A stretch of 64,000 bases of DNA from the NCBI RefSeq assembly GCF_036971445.1, contig NC_091477.1, forward strand, positions 99,324,001 through 99,388,000, read 5' to 3'. Positions 27,151-38,810 of the stretch are shown here, one piece after another. Position numbers and translations under genes: made by a program. The notes beneath the pieces were generated by a model, which saw only the letters and a program-made list of their open reading frames with translations, did not search any database and was not told where the DNA came from. Numbering within the stretch: position 1 is the stretch's first letter; the number at the start of each line of letters is the position of its first letter. Source of the stretch: Narcine bancroftii. Taxonomy: Eukaryota.

Positions 27151-27323
27151 TAAATCTGAATGGTCTGCAATAGCTATCAGCTTCAATCATCACAAACTGT
27201 TTGCATTGAGATCCAACAGTTTGGTGCCACGACTCATCCTTCTGTGTGGAAAAATACAAGTGCTTGTGTCTGTTTCCTATCCGTCCTCCTTCCTCCATCC
27301 TGACATGTTGTCAAAGGAAGGTG
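27150..27323 (+). pseudogene. Penultimate exon relic of the DCHS2-like gene
   Basis: LNG/SYQLQSS/KLFAL/DP motifs, ending GAAGGTG|gtgagt (donor 27324-27329). Confidence 0.55.
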
Positions 27324-28244
27324 GTGAGTGAGGGGTAAATGTTTAATTTAAATTAATTTTAAAAAAGCATTCTAGGGCATGTTAATCACAAGCTTATTTT
27401 GTGCATTCTCAGTAACCTGCCCCAGAGAAGCATCAGGAAACATTGATTGATTTAAAAAAGTCAAAGAAGATGAAAATGCAAATTAAACATTTTCTGAAAT
27501 CTCAATACCACCGCAAAACTGTGAGTGACCATAAATAAGAAGTTCTTCATTTCTAGAAGTATTAATTTGAAAAAGCATAGGGCTGTTAAATATTTGCTGC
27601 TGTGGAATTAAACAAATTTTAAGAAAATTCAAAAATTTCACTTGCAGTGAACTGGAAACTACATCTCAGCTCTCCACTTTACAATTATAATTTTCATTAA
27701 ATTTCTTCCAGAGTTTTCCATGGAAATACAATTTGGACCTTCTGACAATGATCTATGAGATGCTTTTCACACTCAGAAGCTTACCTTCATTTTTGATGCA
27801 ATTACCTCTCTGTTGCATCTGATCAATGCAGCCATTGAACTCTTTGTGGGTTGAACTTTCAGGGCAAATAATGACTTTCCTTAGAAAGAGCAAGAAGATT
27901 CCTAGACTCGAGGGCTTGAGGTCAGCTGGAACCTTTAGGAGTTGAGTGTTTCTCTGTCTTCAATGCAATGTTTCCAAGTCTGTGGAGAATGTTTGAGTGC
28001 TCCTGGTGATTCAAGACAGGCCAAGTGTGACAAACAGCTTTTAGCATTAAGCATAACATAAGCAGAAAGTCAAATCTAGTTTAAAATGATGTCTGTTACA
28101 CTTCCTGAGAGTCAATGTTAATGTGTTTTGAGGCTTAAAAATACCAAGGCACTGCTTTTGCAGTGCAAAATTTTCCACCAAAATGTAGAATGTCTTTAAT
28201 GTTTACCTTCTGGTGATGGTGTAATTCCAGTCAGATACTTCTGT

Positions 28245-29110
28245 GGAATCAACAAAGAATTTACCACACAGAAGGACTCCCATCATGTCTGTGCCAGTTG
28301 AAAAAAGCTTCCTAGCTTAATTCCACCATCCATCATGAGATCTGGTGCCCGAAAGGTTGCTGCTCTTCAAGTGTACATCGACAACTTGATTAAACATAAG
28401 GGGAATTTTAGTTTCTACCACCCTTTCAATGTCTTCCAGGCTCCTACCGCCCTCTGGATCAAAAATATTTTTCTGCATCTACTCTCTGTTCCTTCTACCA
28501 ATTACTTTAAATCTATGCTCATGTTTTTTGACCTTTCTGTAGGGAGGCATGCCCTTCCTTTTTACTCCCCACGAGTTCCTCATAACTTAATGCACCTCAT
28601 TTCTGATTCGCCATCTGCCCCTGCAGCTTCAAGGAAGATAATCTTAGCTTATGCAATCATTTATGCTAGTTACATTTTTCCATTCTGGCAATGACCTTGT
28701 AAGGGGACCCTGCACCCTTTTATGCCTGTCCTAAAATGTGGTGACCTAAAACTATGCATTATACTTGAGCTGAAGCCAAACTGGCATTGTGTACAACATT
28801 CTATCCTCGCTCTTGTATTCTTCTTTTACTCTGTTGTTAACCTACTGGCTTTAAGGATTTGTGTCTATCCAATATTTCTCTGTAGCTCCTCGATATGTCA
28901 TTTATTGAATATTACTTTGTTTTGTTGTCCCACCCTAAATGCAGGAGTTCACATTTCTCTGGATTAAATTCCATTTGCTGCATGTTTGATCAACTGATCG
29001 TACAACTTCCTCTGGTTGAAACTTTTCCTTTCATTTTCGACTTCAAGACTCATTTTTGTATGTGGTTAACTTTTCTATCATACCCCTTAACAGTTGGGTG
29101 TAAATTAATT
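28245..29110 (-). mobile_element. Old CR1-like LINE 3' remnant inside the terminal exon relic
   Basis: Degenerate CR1 tail features (taaattccatttgc.., caatgtcttccaggctcctacc). Confidence 0.5.
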
Positions 29111-29174
29111 CTATCATTGATTTCAGATTAACACACAACCAATCCAAATGCACATGAGGTTATTGCACTCTGCA

Positions 29175-29810
29175 GGGCAGCACAGTTAGCATAGAGGTTA
29201 ACACAACGCTGTTACAGCGCTGGTAGGCCCTTTCTAATTGCCTTGTAAAATGGGGTTAATAGGGAAATTTACTAGGTTGAAGACCCAGGGGCTATTTGAA
29301 AGGGTTGAGCAGGACTAGACCCAGACCTACCTTGGAAGTGGTCAGGGAACCCAGTAAAACTTATCTGGGTGTCCTCCTCCACCAATTTGAAAGAGGAAAT
29401 GGCTCACCGGGTCACTCTGAAACTTTAAACAGAAAGGGAACAGAAAGAACACAGGGAACAGGGGGATTCCCTGTGGCTGTGTGATGCGTCACTCACAGGG
29501 GAGGGATCCCCTTAAATCACCAGATTGGTAATTTAACAGGTAGATTAGGCTGCTATTTGAAAGGTGCTGTAGGCACTCATAACCCAGTAATCTCACCTGG
29601 GTCCCAGGTGCTGCAATTTGAAACCATCTAGTGATTGGGACCAGGGTTCGAATCCACGCTGTCTGTAATGAATTTGTACATTCTCCCTGTGTCTGCATAT
29701 GTTTCCTTCAGGTGCCCTCGTTTCCTCTCACCTTTCAAAACATTCTGGGCATTGTAGGTTAATTAGGTGGCATGGGCTCCTGGGCTCCTATGCTGTATAT
29801 CTAAATTTAT
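29175..29810 (+). mobile_element. V-SINE split by a MITE
   Basis: SINE head 29175-29222. The rest (gggttcgaatcc B box, V-domain, tail) resumes at ~29631. Confidence 0.8.
29226..29628. mobile_element. MITE with imperfect TIRs (Harbinger- or Tc1-like)
   Basis: Left end GGCCCTTTCTAATTGC and right end (reverse complement) GATGGTTTCAAATTGC, TA on both flanks, internal repeated ATTTGAAA motif. Confidence 0.65.
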
Positions 29811-32289
29811 CCAAATGTATGTGAAGCTAATTAGACAAAACATTCACTGATACAAGAGCTATATTGACAGATTTAGATTGTTAGCTCATTGATGTTACAA
29901 GACAACGTTAGAGATTGCATGTTGGCTAAGAAGTTTTTTTCCTGTTGCCACATTCACATTGTGTCAATATATAATGGCAGTTATCATTGCAACTTATGTT
30001 ATCTGTGAAATAACTTGTGAACAGCAGTTTGATTTTCTGCATTATGCTCTGCCTATCGACACTGGTGATCACTGAGAGTACAAAGTAGAAAATAATCTAT
30101 ATTTACCAATCTCTCTTTTCCTATGGGTTTTTATTTCTCTGTTTGCTTCAAATATATATAAACAGTTTTAATCTGCTAATGTTGCAGTTTTCCAGCTGCA
30201 GATTCTTAGTTTGGGTGGAAGAATGATGGGGCCAACAATTTCATTGGAAATGAAACAAAATAATAATGATAAAACAGTATTTTTTTCCATTTGACTCATC
30301 AAGAACAAGACTACAGATAGGATCATTCTCCAGACATCCATCTTCATTGTGTTTGCTTGTCCCTAATGGGCATATTGTAAAACCAGTACTTTGCATGTGG
30401 CCACAAGCCAAATCTTTTGTTTGTGGCTTTGAAACACATGCACGTATATGTTAACCATGCCCCTTATTGTCTTTTAAACATGAGAAGCAATACTTTGTAC
30501 TGAATTTGTTTACTTCCACTTATCACATTTCATAAATATCACAAAAGCATGAATTGCTTTGAAGTAGTTTCTATTGTTAATCAGGTGAACTCATTAATGT
30601 CTTCGTGCCCCGAACTGTGTCCAAAACTGAAAATTAAAAAAAATTTGCAGGTGCAGGTTGACAGTGAGGCCAATAATTCACTGGTCTCATCCACCATCTA
30701 GTGAATAGACCGTGTGCCAACAGATTGAACCTTCATTTTAAATCAAATGTGGCTCCAGAATAAATGCTTGTGCCTGCAATGGTAAATGTAGATGTCTTTG
30801 TTCATTGATTTGCCATTTGTTTCCCACCTGCAGGTCCAGTTCCTAGTCTTGGAAGAGATTTGCAGCATTTTGAATGCAAAACTCAAAGTTGGAATAGCCC
30901 CTTGAAACACTTCACCTTGGGTTTATTATAGATATAATGGAAAAAACAAAGGGAAATGCATTGTAACTTTTTGCCATTATCAGAATTAGCTGGCTCATAG
31001 AAGACTGGAAACTGTAGGGGCAACCTTGCCTCCCTCCATTTCCAACAGATGATTCTGTCTGATCTGACTTGGTCACAATGGAGACCTTCAATACGAGTCT
31101 CACTTCCTTTTTGGGATATCCTGCCACTCACTACTCCTGAACTGTTCATCCACAGGATGCAGCGCCTTTCTCCCTGCTGAATATGGATCTCCTTCAGGAA
31201 GAGAAATACTTCCCTGAATTTTCAGCATTGAAATAAATCTCCACTCAAACTTTCCTTACTGTGTAGTATACTTTTCGCGAAGATCTTCTACACTCTTGGA
31301 GAAATTCTGCAAGCACTGCAGATGCCATTTCTTGAAGATTCAGTGAACAACTCAAATAATTCCTTTAAGTCTTCAATTATGAATTCTGCTACTCTTTCCC
31401 AAATATGTAAATTGTGATTAAGGACATAAAGTACATAATCATTAAAAACTAATAGTCCAATAATTAAATCTAAACTCAATGAATAAATGTCATTTGAAAC
31501 AAATGAAACCATTTCTCTCAGGTTGAATAATAATAGATTCTGAGAATTTTCTTCTATTTATCAATACTAATTAAAAACCCAATTTCCACACATTTATTAA
31601 GGAGCACAGAAGATTTAGGATATTGTTCGATGACAATGTCATAGAAAAATCACCTTGAAAAATCATCCACATTTGCAAAAAAATCTAAAAAGTATTTTAT
31701 TATGATTTTACAACATTGTAATTAAAAAGTCAAGAACATTTCTTCTCCCTTCATAGATTGTGAAAAACATAATCTGTCAAAGTTCCAATTACATGATGGT
31801 AAATCAATCTTACACAAGCTGATCATATACAGGAAATACATTTGCAATTTTACATCAGTAATTATTCATCAGAGACATCAAGTGACCAAGCCGTTTTACA
31901 TTTAATGTAAATGACAATTGTTATTTTCATTTGTTCCGTCCTTGCTGGCAGCACCCTCCAATTACAGCCAAACAGACATGTCAAAAATAGTGGAGGTAAA
32001 AATATAAGTAACTAATGGGAAGGAGACTTTGTTTTTTTACATGATTTTTCCTTTCTGAAGGGTCTCCCTACCTTCCAGGAGTGACCGATCACACAGAAAT
32101 GACCAAAACTCCAAATATCTGTATCGTATCGCAAGTTTAGACAGAATACCTGAAGTGTGATATTCAAGGAGGCTGAACACACATTGTTCATGGATCGCAT
32201 GCAGTTCAGTTTAGACAGCAGGTGATCTGTGAAAATAACTAGGATCGAGGAGGGAAAATGTTGGTATGTGAGTGAGTCCTTATTCCTGT

Positions 32290-34135
32290 TTCAATCTTTT
32301 TACACAGACTGTGTTCTGGGAAATTGGAAGTAGTTTCCTGTCGTGCAATGGCTGTGTGAAAAAGGAGCTTGTGGGGAGGGACTTCAGGTACAATTGGCCA
32401 GTAGATGTCACTTAAAAAGCAGGAACTATAAATTCACGTATAATGTTTAACCAGTATTTTGTAACATTAGGCCTAAGCATGAATTATTTTGAACAACAGG
32501 AAATTAAGAATATTTTTCAATCACAGTGCCTGGAGAGGGTCTAACTAGAGACCCTCTTTACTGGATGAAAATATCTTGGGTGAGTCTATATCAAAGGAGT
32601 CATTTCTCAGAGGTTGTGGTTGCCAGCTCTGGGACTTGCTGTGTGAGGACCCTCATAGCTGCTCATCTTCCTGGCATGTAATATCACTGTTGTTCTCAAA
32701 TGATTAATGTGACGGGAAGTGGTTACGGAGCACTGCAGCAGTGGTTGAGTTATTAGCAGAGCAAAGGGTTGAGGGTGTGTGAGAGATGAGTAAAACTAAT
32801 ATGAAAATATGAAAGATGAAGAAAACTAGTATGGATATATGTGTAATGAATAAAGCCAGTATGAATAGGATAAGGATAGATAATAGAATGTAGGAAGTAA
32901 AGTTAGTCTGAATAAGATAAGGGTCTTCTAGTCTTAGACAGAATTAGCAAGTTCCGTATATGTCATTAGTAAGCCTTAGACAGAATTAGCAAGTTCTGCA
33001 TATAAGAAGTTAGTAAGCCCTGAGAGTCGGGAAGGTGTGAATAAGGACAATGACATGATGGGACACCGACAGGATACCCCCTGGTCCTCCAAGTTCACAG
33101 AAACAGCACGTAGGCAGACAGGATTGCCTAATGCCAAACTCATCCAGGAGGCAGAAGAATGTAAGGGGGAGGGTACTTCTATATTGAAATAAACTGTATA
33201 AAAGTTGGGTGAGCCCCAGTGTATGTGTGTATTCCCAGGGTAAGGGGAAGCACCCAACTTTGCATTGTTGTATAATAAATGTTCTTTGTTCTCAATTTTT
33301 GTCTCGAGCAAATTCTGTGAAGGTACTTCTGTTTCTCACAGGTGTGTCCCAAGATGGCAGCACCCTGGTTAACCACAAGGCTGCCGCATTGTCCATCAAG
33401 TAGGCCGCCATGTTCTGGAGAGCCACCTCCAGAATACCTGCCAGCTTGACTGTTCTCTACAGACTGAGATCCCCTTGCTTCAAGAGTCTTTGCTGAATGT
33501 AGATCGACCTGATCCCCACGACGTAGGCGTCCCTGGTCAGGTCCTCTGTGTACTCCATGGCAGACATGGCCTTGCATTCACAGGCTCTGCTGAGTACTCA
33601 CAGGGCCCAGATATTTGGCGTTGGACTCACCAGGTCATTGTTTACAGGTTGATAGAAGGCAACTGGCGTAGACGACATTGATCTTACGCAGGTACTGTCC
33701 TTTGAGTATGACCATGGCTTCCTGGTTCGATGTAGCATTCCTGATCATGGAATAAACTAAGGTGCCCACCTGAGAGTGCAGCGCCTATAGATTATTGGTC
33801 TCTGATAGAAGAAGCCTGCAGGAATGCTTCAAAACAGTGCAGCCAGAGCTCAAAGTTGGTGGATGCCTCAGGTAATTGAGGGTTGATCTGCAGCTTTTCT
33901 GGCTTCAGGATCTGCTCCATTGTTTTAAAAAAAACTTTAAGTGAACAAAATTGATGCACCATCAATTACTCTAAAGACTGTAGTTGCAAAACCAATAGAC
34001 TTTTATTCACTAAAGAACAATGCCACATCCATACTATTCTACTGTCCTGCACTGAGGAAGGGCTGTAGAACAGCCACTTTTATATGGGAGCTTGTGGGGA
34101 GGGACCACAGGTACAATTGGCCAGTAGATGTGTTG
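32290..34135 (-). mobile_element. Internally deleted Gypsy-like LTR element (gag remnant)
   Basis: Minus ATG at 33920 gives MEQILKPEKLQINPQLPEASTNFELWLHCFEAFL (gag-like). Direct repeat GGAGCTTGTGGGGAGGGA..CAGGTACAATTGGCCAGTAGATGT at 32364-32408 and 34087-34131 (LTR remnants). Confidence 0.7.
32778..33340 (+). mobile_element. Solo LTR (563 bp)
   Basis: TGTGAGA...TCTCACA termini, 4-bp TSD GGTG, TATA-like GTATAAAA ~33196, AATAAA ~33274. Confidence 0.85.
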
Positions 34136-34163
34136 ACCAGATGATTATTTGCAACAGTAGTTT

Positions 34164-34789
34164 CTTTGGCTTGGCTTCGCGGACGAAGATTTATGGAGGG
34201 GGTAAAAAGTCCACGTCAGCTGCAGGCTCGTTTGTGGCTGACAAGTCCGATGCGGGACAGGCAGACATGATTGCAGCGGTTGCAGGGGAAAATTGGTTGG
34301 TTGGGGTTGGGTGTTGGGTTTTTCCTCCTTTGCCTTTTGTCAGTGAGGTGGGCTCTGCGGTCTTCTTCAAAGGAGGTTGCTGCCCGCCAAACTGTGAGGC
34401 GCCAAGATGCACGGTTTGAGGCGTTATCAGCCCACTGGCGGTGGTCAATGTGGCAGGCACCAAGAGATTTCTTTAGGCAGTCCTTGTACCTTTTCTTTGG
34501 TGCACCTCTGTCACGGTGGCCAGTGGAGAGCTCGCCATATAACACGATCTTGGGAAGGCGATGGTCCTCCATTCTGGAGACGTGACCCATCCAGCGCAGC
34601 TGGATCTTCAGCAGCGTGGACACGATGCTGTCGACCTCTGCCATCTCGAGTACTTCGACGTTAGGGATGTAAGCGCTCCAATGGATGTTGAGGATGGAGC
34701 GGAGACAACGCTGGTGGAAGCGTTCTAGGAGCCGTAGGTGGTGCCGGTAGAGGACCCATGATTCGGAGCCGAACAGGAGTGTGGGTATG
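34164..34789 (-). mobile_element. RTE LINE 3' copy
   Basis: ORF 34216-34644. TSD ACAGTAGTTT at 34154-34163 and 34790-34799. Confidence 0.93.
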
Positions 34790-37700
34790 ACAGTAGTTTA
34801 CCACACCACCATTGACTGGATTTTTGCTGATAAAATATCCATAGAATTATCGATAGAGAGGCATAATTCTTCAAAGTTATTAGCTGACATTTACTTATTA
34901 ATATAAGTATTTGCATTTCTTGCAACATTAGAGGTTTAAATTGGTGGCTACTATTTCCGAAATAATTATGACTGAGCCCTGGATTTTAACCTGAATGTCT
35001 ATCTTGGGATGTTGCTGTAGCTGGAAAATTCAATCTCCAGAAATTCCTATTGAATTGAATTGTTCCTTAAAATGTATTCTCCAATTTGTTTCAATAATTG
35101 ACGAATAGAGGTATTTTAAAATGGTAAAAAGTTGAGGGAGCTTGTTGAGTGGAAGGAGAGCTGATGGAAAGGAGGCAGCGAGGTGAGATGGAATTGCATG
35201 GTGTGCTGAGGTGTGGCAATCCAGATCAAAAAAATTACCACCTGGGTAATAACACGATGAGTAAGAATAAAAAAAAGGATCCTTGAAATGCTCCACACCT
35301 TTTTTTCATTGAATATTTATGAATGCTGGTTGTATGGAGTGCGAAATTCAATAGTGAGATTAACAAAGCAGCTTCATATGTTTCAATATAGCAGTCCCCA
35401 TTGAATTAACAGAGAGAATCGGGAGTGGTTTGTGGGTCGGGCAGCATCCATGGAGAAAATTGCTCAATCGATATTTTGAGGAGGGAGCCTTTAATCGAAG
35501 GCTAAAAGGAGAAGGAGAAGCATAATAGTAAAAATCCTGCTCAGAAATAAGGAGATATATTTCTGATATTTAGATCAGGCACTTAGAAATGTGTTGAAAG
35601 TTTCCTTACAAGCCTGGTTTTTTTAATAACTGGATCTTGTTTTTCAGTTTGTGAATTTTCATGCCCAAAAAGCGGTCTGATTTCAAATGAACTTAGTTGA
35701 AGTACCTGAGAGCCCCAACATGACCTAGACATGCCCCTAGACATTTTGTCAGTTAATGTTCAGATCTAGAATTCCCAATAAGTCATTTGCCACAATTTAC
35801 CGAGGATTCGAAATATTGCACTTCCACAGGCACTAGCCACCCCTTTGCAAGATTTTAGATGATCAAACGTCTATAAATATTTACTTCTCAGATGAGCATT
35901 AAAGTTCAAATGCTTCTTAAATTTTTTTTTCCCATTTTTTAAAAATGAATTCAGCTGGGTCTCTCTCTTAAGTTGCATAGATGTGAAAAATGGCATATGC
36001 CTCGCATAAAGAAAGGAACATATCTTGCTTTCCATTTATTCATGTGGTTTGCCAGGAACTTTGCAATGGACAAAAAAAAAATCAATAATCAAAATCTGCA
36101 AATTGTGGAAGTCTGAAATAATACTGGAAAAACTCAACATGTCTGCAGATAGAGAAACCGACTTTGTTTTTTTTTTAGACCGAAGACCCTGCCTCCAAAC
36201 AACCCCAGTTCATTTTTCAGTGAAACTAAAGCAGGCAAATTTGCGTCTGAAAACAATGGAACTAGGATGACCCATAATCTGTTTTACGTTTGATTAGGAC
36301 TCCGATATCAGTGAACTAACATTAATATTTTAAACTTTTAATTACATTAATCATGCCAAAATAGATAGTGAACTTAGAATAATTTCATCCCTTTGTTAAT
36401 TTGATAACATCTGCTACATTTGGTTTTGCTTTTCCTTTTGACATTGTCACAACTGTAGTGAACATCCATGCCTTAAAAACAAATGCATTGCAAAAGATTG
36501 CAATAACTTTGTTGTAAAATAATTGAAGAACTGTCTGTAAGTGCCCAGCCTGTAAGGATTTCCATTTTAAAGCAACAACATCTATTTTGTTAATTGAGAC
36601 CTGAGTCCAGGCTTAAACTAAAACTAAAAATTCTTTACAAAGATGTTTGAGAGAGTTATTAGTTGACTTGCCATGTACAATGTAAAAGACTTCAAGAGAA
36701 TTGCAACTTTTACAAACAATAAATTGAGCTTGATCCAGCCACCCCTTGTATTTTTCATTTGGTTACCTTTAGTTCTTTCGTGATTCAGAAGATATCTCAA
36801 TGTTCACTTTTTCTTTGCAACACAGTATCCTGAGGCCTCGAGAGAGAAAAAAAAATCAATTTAATTTTAACTTCAAAGGATTGCAGATAATACTGCCAAT
36901 TCATGTATGTGCCAAGAAAAGGTTTGATTTGTTTGAGATACATGACTCTAAAAGCTTGCAACAATTGTTTAATTACAGAGTCCTGTGACAATGAAAAATA
37001 ACCTTTAACTTCATAGGATAGGTAATGTTAAGTGCACAGCACATTTGATTTGTTTCAAAGTAAGAGAATGATGAAATGCAGAAGGATCAGAGAAAATGGA
37101 ATCTTTTTTTAATTAACTGATTGCTACCAAATTTTCTCGCATTGTTAAAAAAAACGTACATTCCTGTCCTTGCCAATTCCTTCCATTTTGTTGCACTGAT
37201 CAGATCAAAACCTCTCATCCAATGTTTTTTTTAGGCAAGGCCAGCATTTATTGCCTTTCCCTAAATCTCCTTGACATCTGTAATATCCTCTTATATTTCT
37301 GAGGACAATTATAAGACAACCACATTGGTGTATCTAGAGGTGCAAGGAAAGAAAGACAGATTTTATTCCCAAAGAATATTAATGAATAAATGTGTTTGTT
37401 TGATTTTGTGATAGTTTCATAGCTACTATTAATGACATCTCTTTTTATTCCAGATATTTTTAACAACCATATTTAAAGTTACCTGCTCCAGCAATGGGAT
37501 TCAACTTGTGTCTCCAAATTGATTGTCCATTCCTTTTGGATGCTAGTCCAGCAATAGCTACTTATATTTCCATAAATTGTAAACCGTTTATTATCTTCCC
37601 TGATTTTGCTTCATCGTCACCTGAATAACCTTTCACAGTTCTATACAAATCTCCACTTGCCATTTCATTGTTGACTCCTGCTCCTAACCCTTCATCAATG

Positions 37701-37994
37701 GATGCTACCTTCTAGCCTCTGGTATGAATGTGTCAAAGAGTTTCACTAAAAATTAAATTACTTTCTGTTTTTGCACACCTCCAAACACTGTTCTCACTTT
37801 GCTGTAAGCTTTCTTACCCAGGCTTCACTCATCTAACTGCTTTGTTAAGCACTGTTTTATGGTTAAAAGAGAAATGCTAAATATTGATTATATAATAGAG
37901 CTTCTTGTCCTTTCTCCTCTTGTAATCTGTATTTCAACTATTTACTGCATCCTTTTGATATGTTTCACATTGGGCAATGAAGACAAGTTTAGAA

Positions 37995-38810
37995 ATAAAA
38001 ATAGCAGCGTGGCTGAAGCTGCTGTAACCGCAGTGCTGCTAGTGGCATGGACCCAGGGAGAGTTGGGAGTGGAGACACAGCTCTTCCCCGTAGAATCCTA
38101 CTGCTCAGTTCTCCTCTCAATGGTTCAGTATAGGCTTTAAGCAGCTTATTAACAGAGGAGACAGCGCTTTATTTAAAATCCTGCAACCATGGAATCTGAG
38201 ATCAGGATGGTGGTGCCTGTTCTGGCAGTGGCTAAATGGGATTGCAGACTTGGGGGAGCAGTGGACACCAGTAATGGGGTGAATACTCCTTGTTGAGAAG
38301 GAGAAGCAGAGGAGATGATCATAAGGATTGAATCCATGGTGACGGACTAGCGAGGGACTCTGCGGCTGCAGGACACACACAGGTGGCAAGTTGATGGCGA
38401 AGAACCCACACAGGCTGTGGGTTGCTGGAGAATTGAGGTCCAATGTTTCATGGCTGCAGGCTGCTCTTGACTGGTTAATAAGAACCGGGTATCAAAACTG
38501 GAATTCAAGAAGCTGGTGAGGACGAGAAGGGCTCCTGAAGGGCCCTGGGCACTGAAAGCTTCCTCGTTGTGTTGGAGGTTGTCAATGGTTTGAACTGAAC
38601 TAGAGTCTTTTGTGGCTGCAGAGGCAGGAGCACTGGAGATGAATCCATGGACTCTAAGTGTTCACTGAGGGGACTCTCCTTTGCTTCTTTTTGTCAGACT
38701 GTAAGGGGCACTGGGGAAAGCTAATGGTAAATCTTTGTGTGCCTTATGGCAGACTAAAGGCAATTTTGTGTAATATTACATTTCTGTTCTATTACATGAC
38801 AATAAATAGT
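37995..38810 (+). mobile_element. Unclassified interspersed repeat with a LINE-like 3' tail
   Basis: GC-richer block ending cagactaaag..gtaatattaca..aataaa, similar to 44594-44655. Confidence 0.4.

Larger units (their letters stand above)
340..31230 (+). pseudogene. DCHS2: Decayed Dachsous-type protocadherin gene (DCHS2-like), probably starting upstream of the window
   Basis: Manual + strand translation gives colinear cadherin motifs broken by stops and frameshifts: FGSNLLQV..LISGN (341-430); CLAERL/DQED (682-712); NAHDSFPQF..FSINFSYGI (ORF 3152-3430); FDNNSP (3816-3833); IIGCVIGRKKDTGSGGITLKENGGAFVISP (3923-4012); LVAISFDCG..LSVHIL (4099-4170); LQLVLEAHD..LITLQDHVAPE (5575-5681); GQISYRI (~7025); IGSITA/PDKGMN (~7460-7497); VLEYE (11737); NNVPAF (11953); QLSASTL..LLDV (~24385-24426); PMF..DDVPLNAT (~24540-24600); PEFSM/KYNLDL and FSHSEAY (27705-27784); EITCEQQFDF..DTGD, FLVWVEE, KQYFF..LQIG (30004-30322); IIDIMEK/IVTFCHYQN*LAH..ET (30925-31013). 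The later motifs recall the DCHS2 last exon as I remember it. Confidence 0.7.
27648..31230 (+). pseudogene. Terminal exon relic of the DCHS2-like gene, interrupted by CR1, SINE and MITE insertions
   Basis: Acceptor ttgcag at 27642-27647 is phase-compatible with the 27324 donor (joined reading E-G-V-N). It is followed by last-cadherin-repeat and cytoplasmic-tail-like fragments. Confidence 0.6.

Noticed and set aside
600-34664. Recurring ORFs MVPATLTTASG.., MASRTKIYGGG.., MSTSAAGSF..
   Set aside because: They are alternative-frame or antisense readings of the RTE LINE copies, not a gene family.
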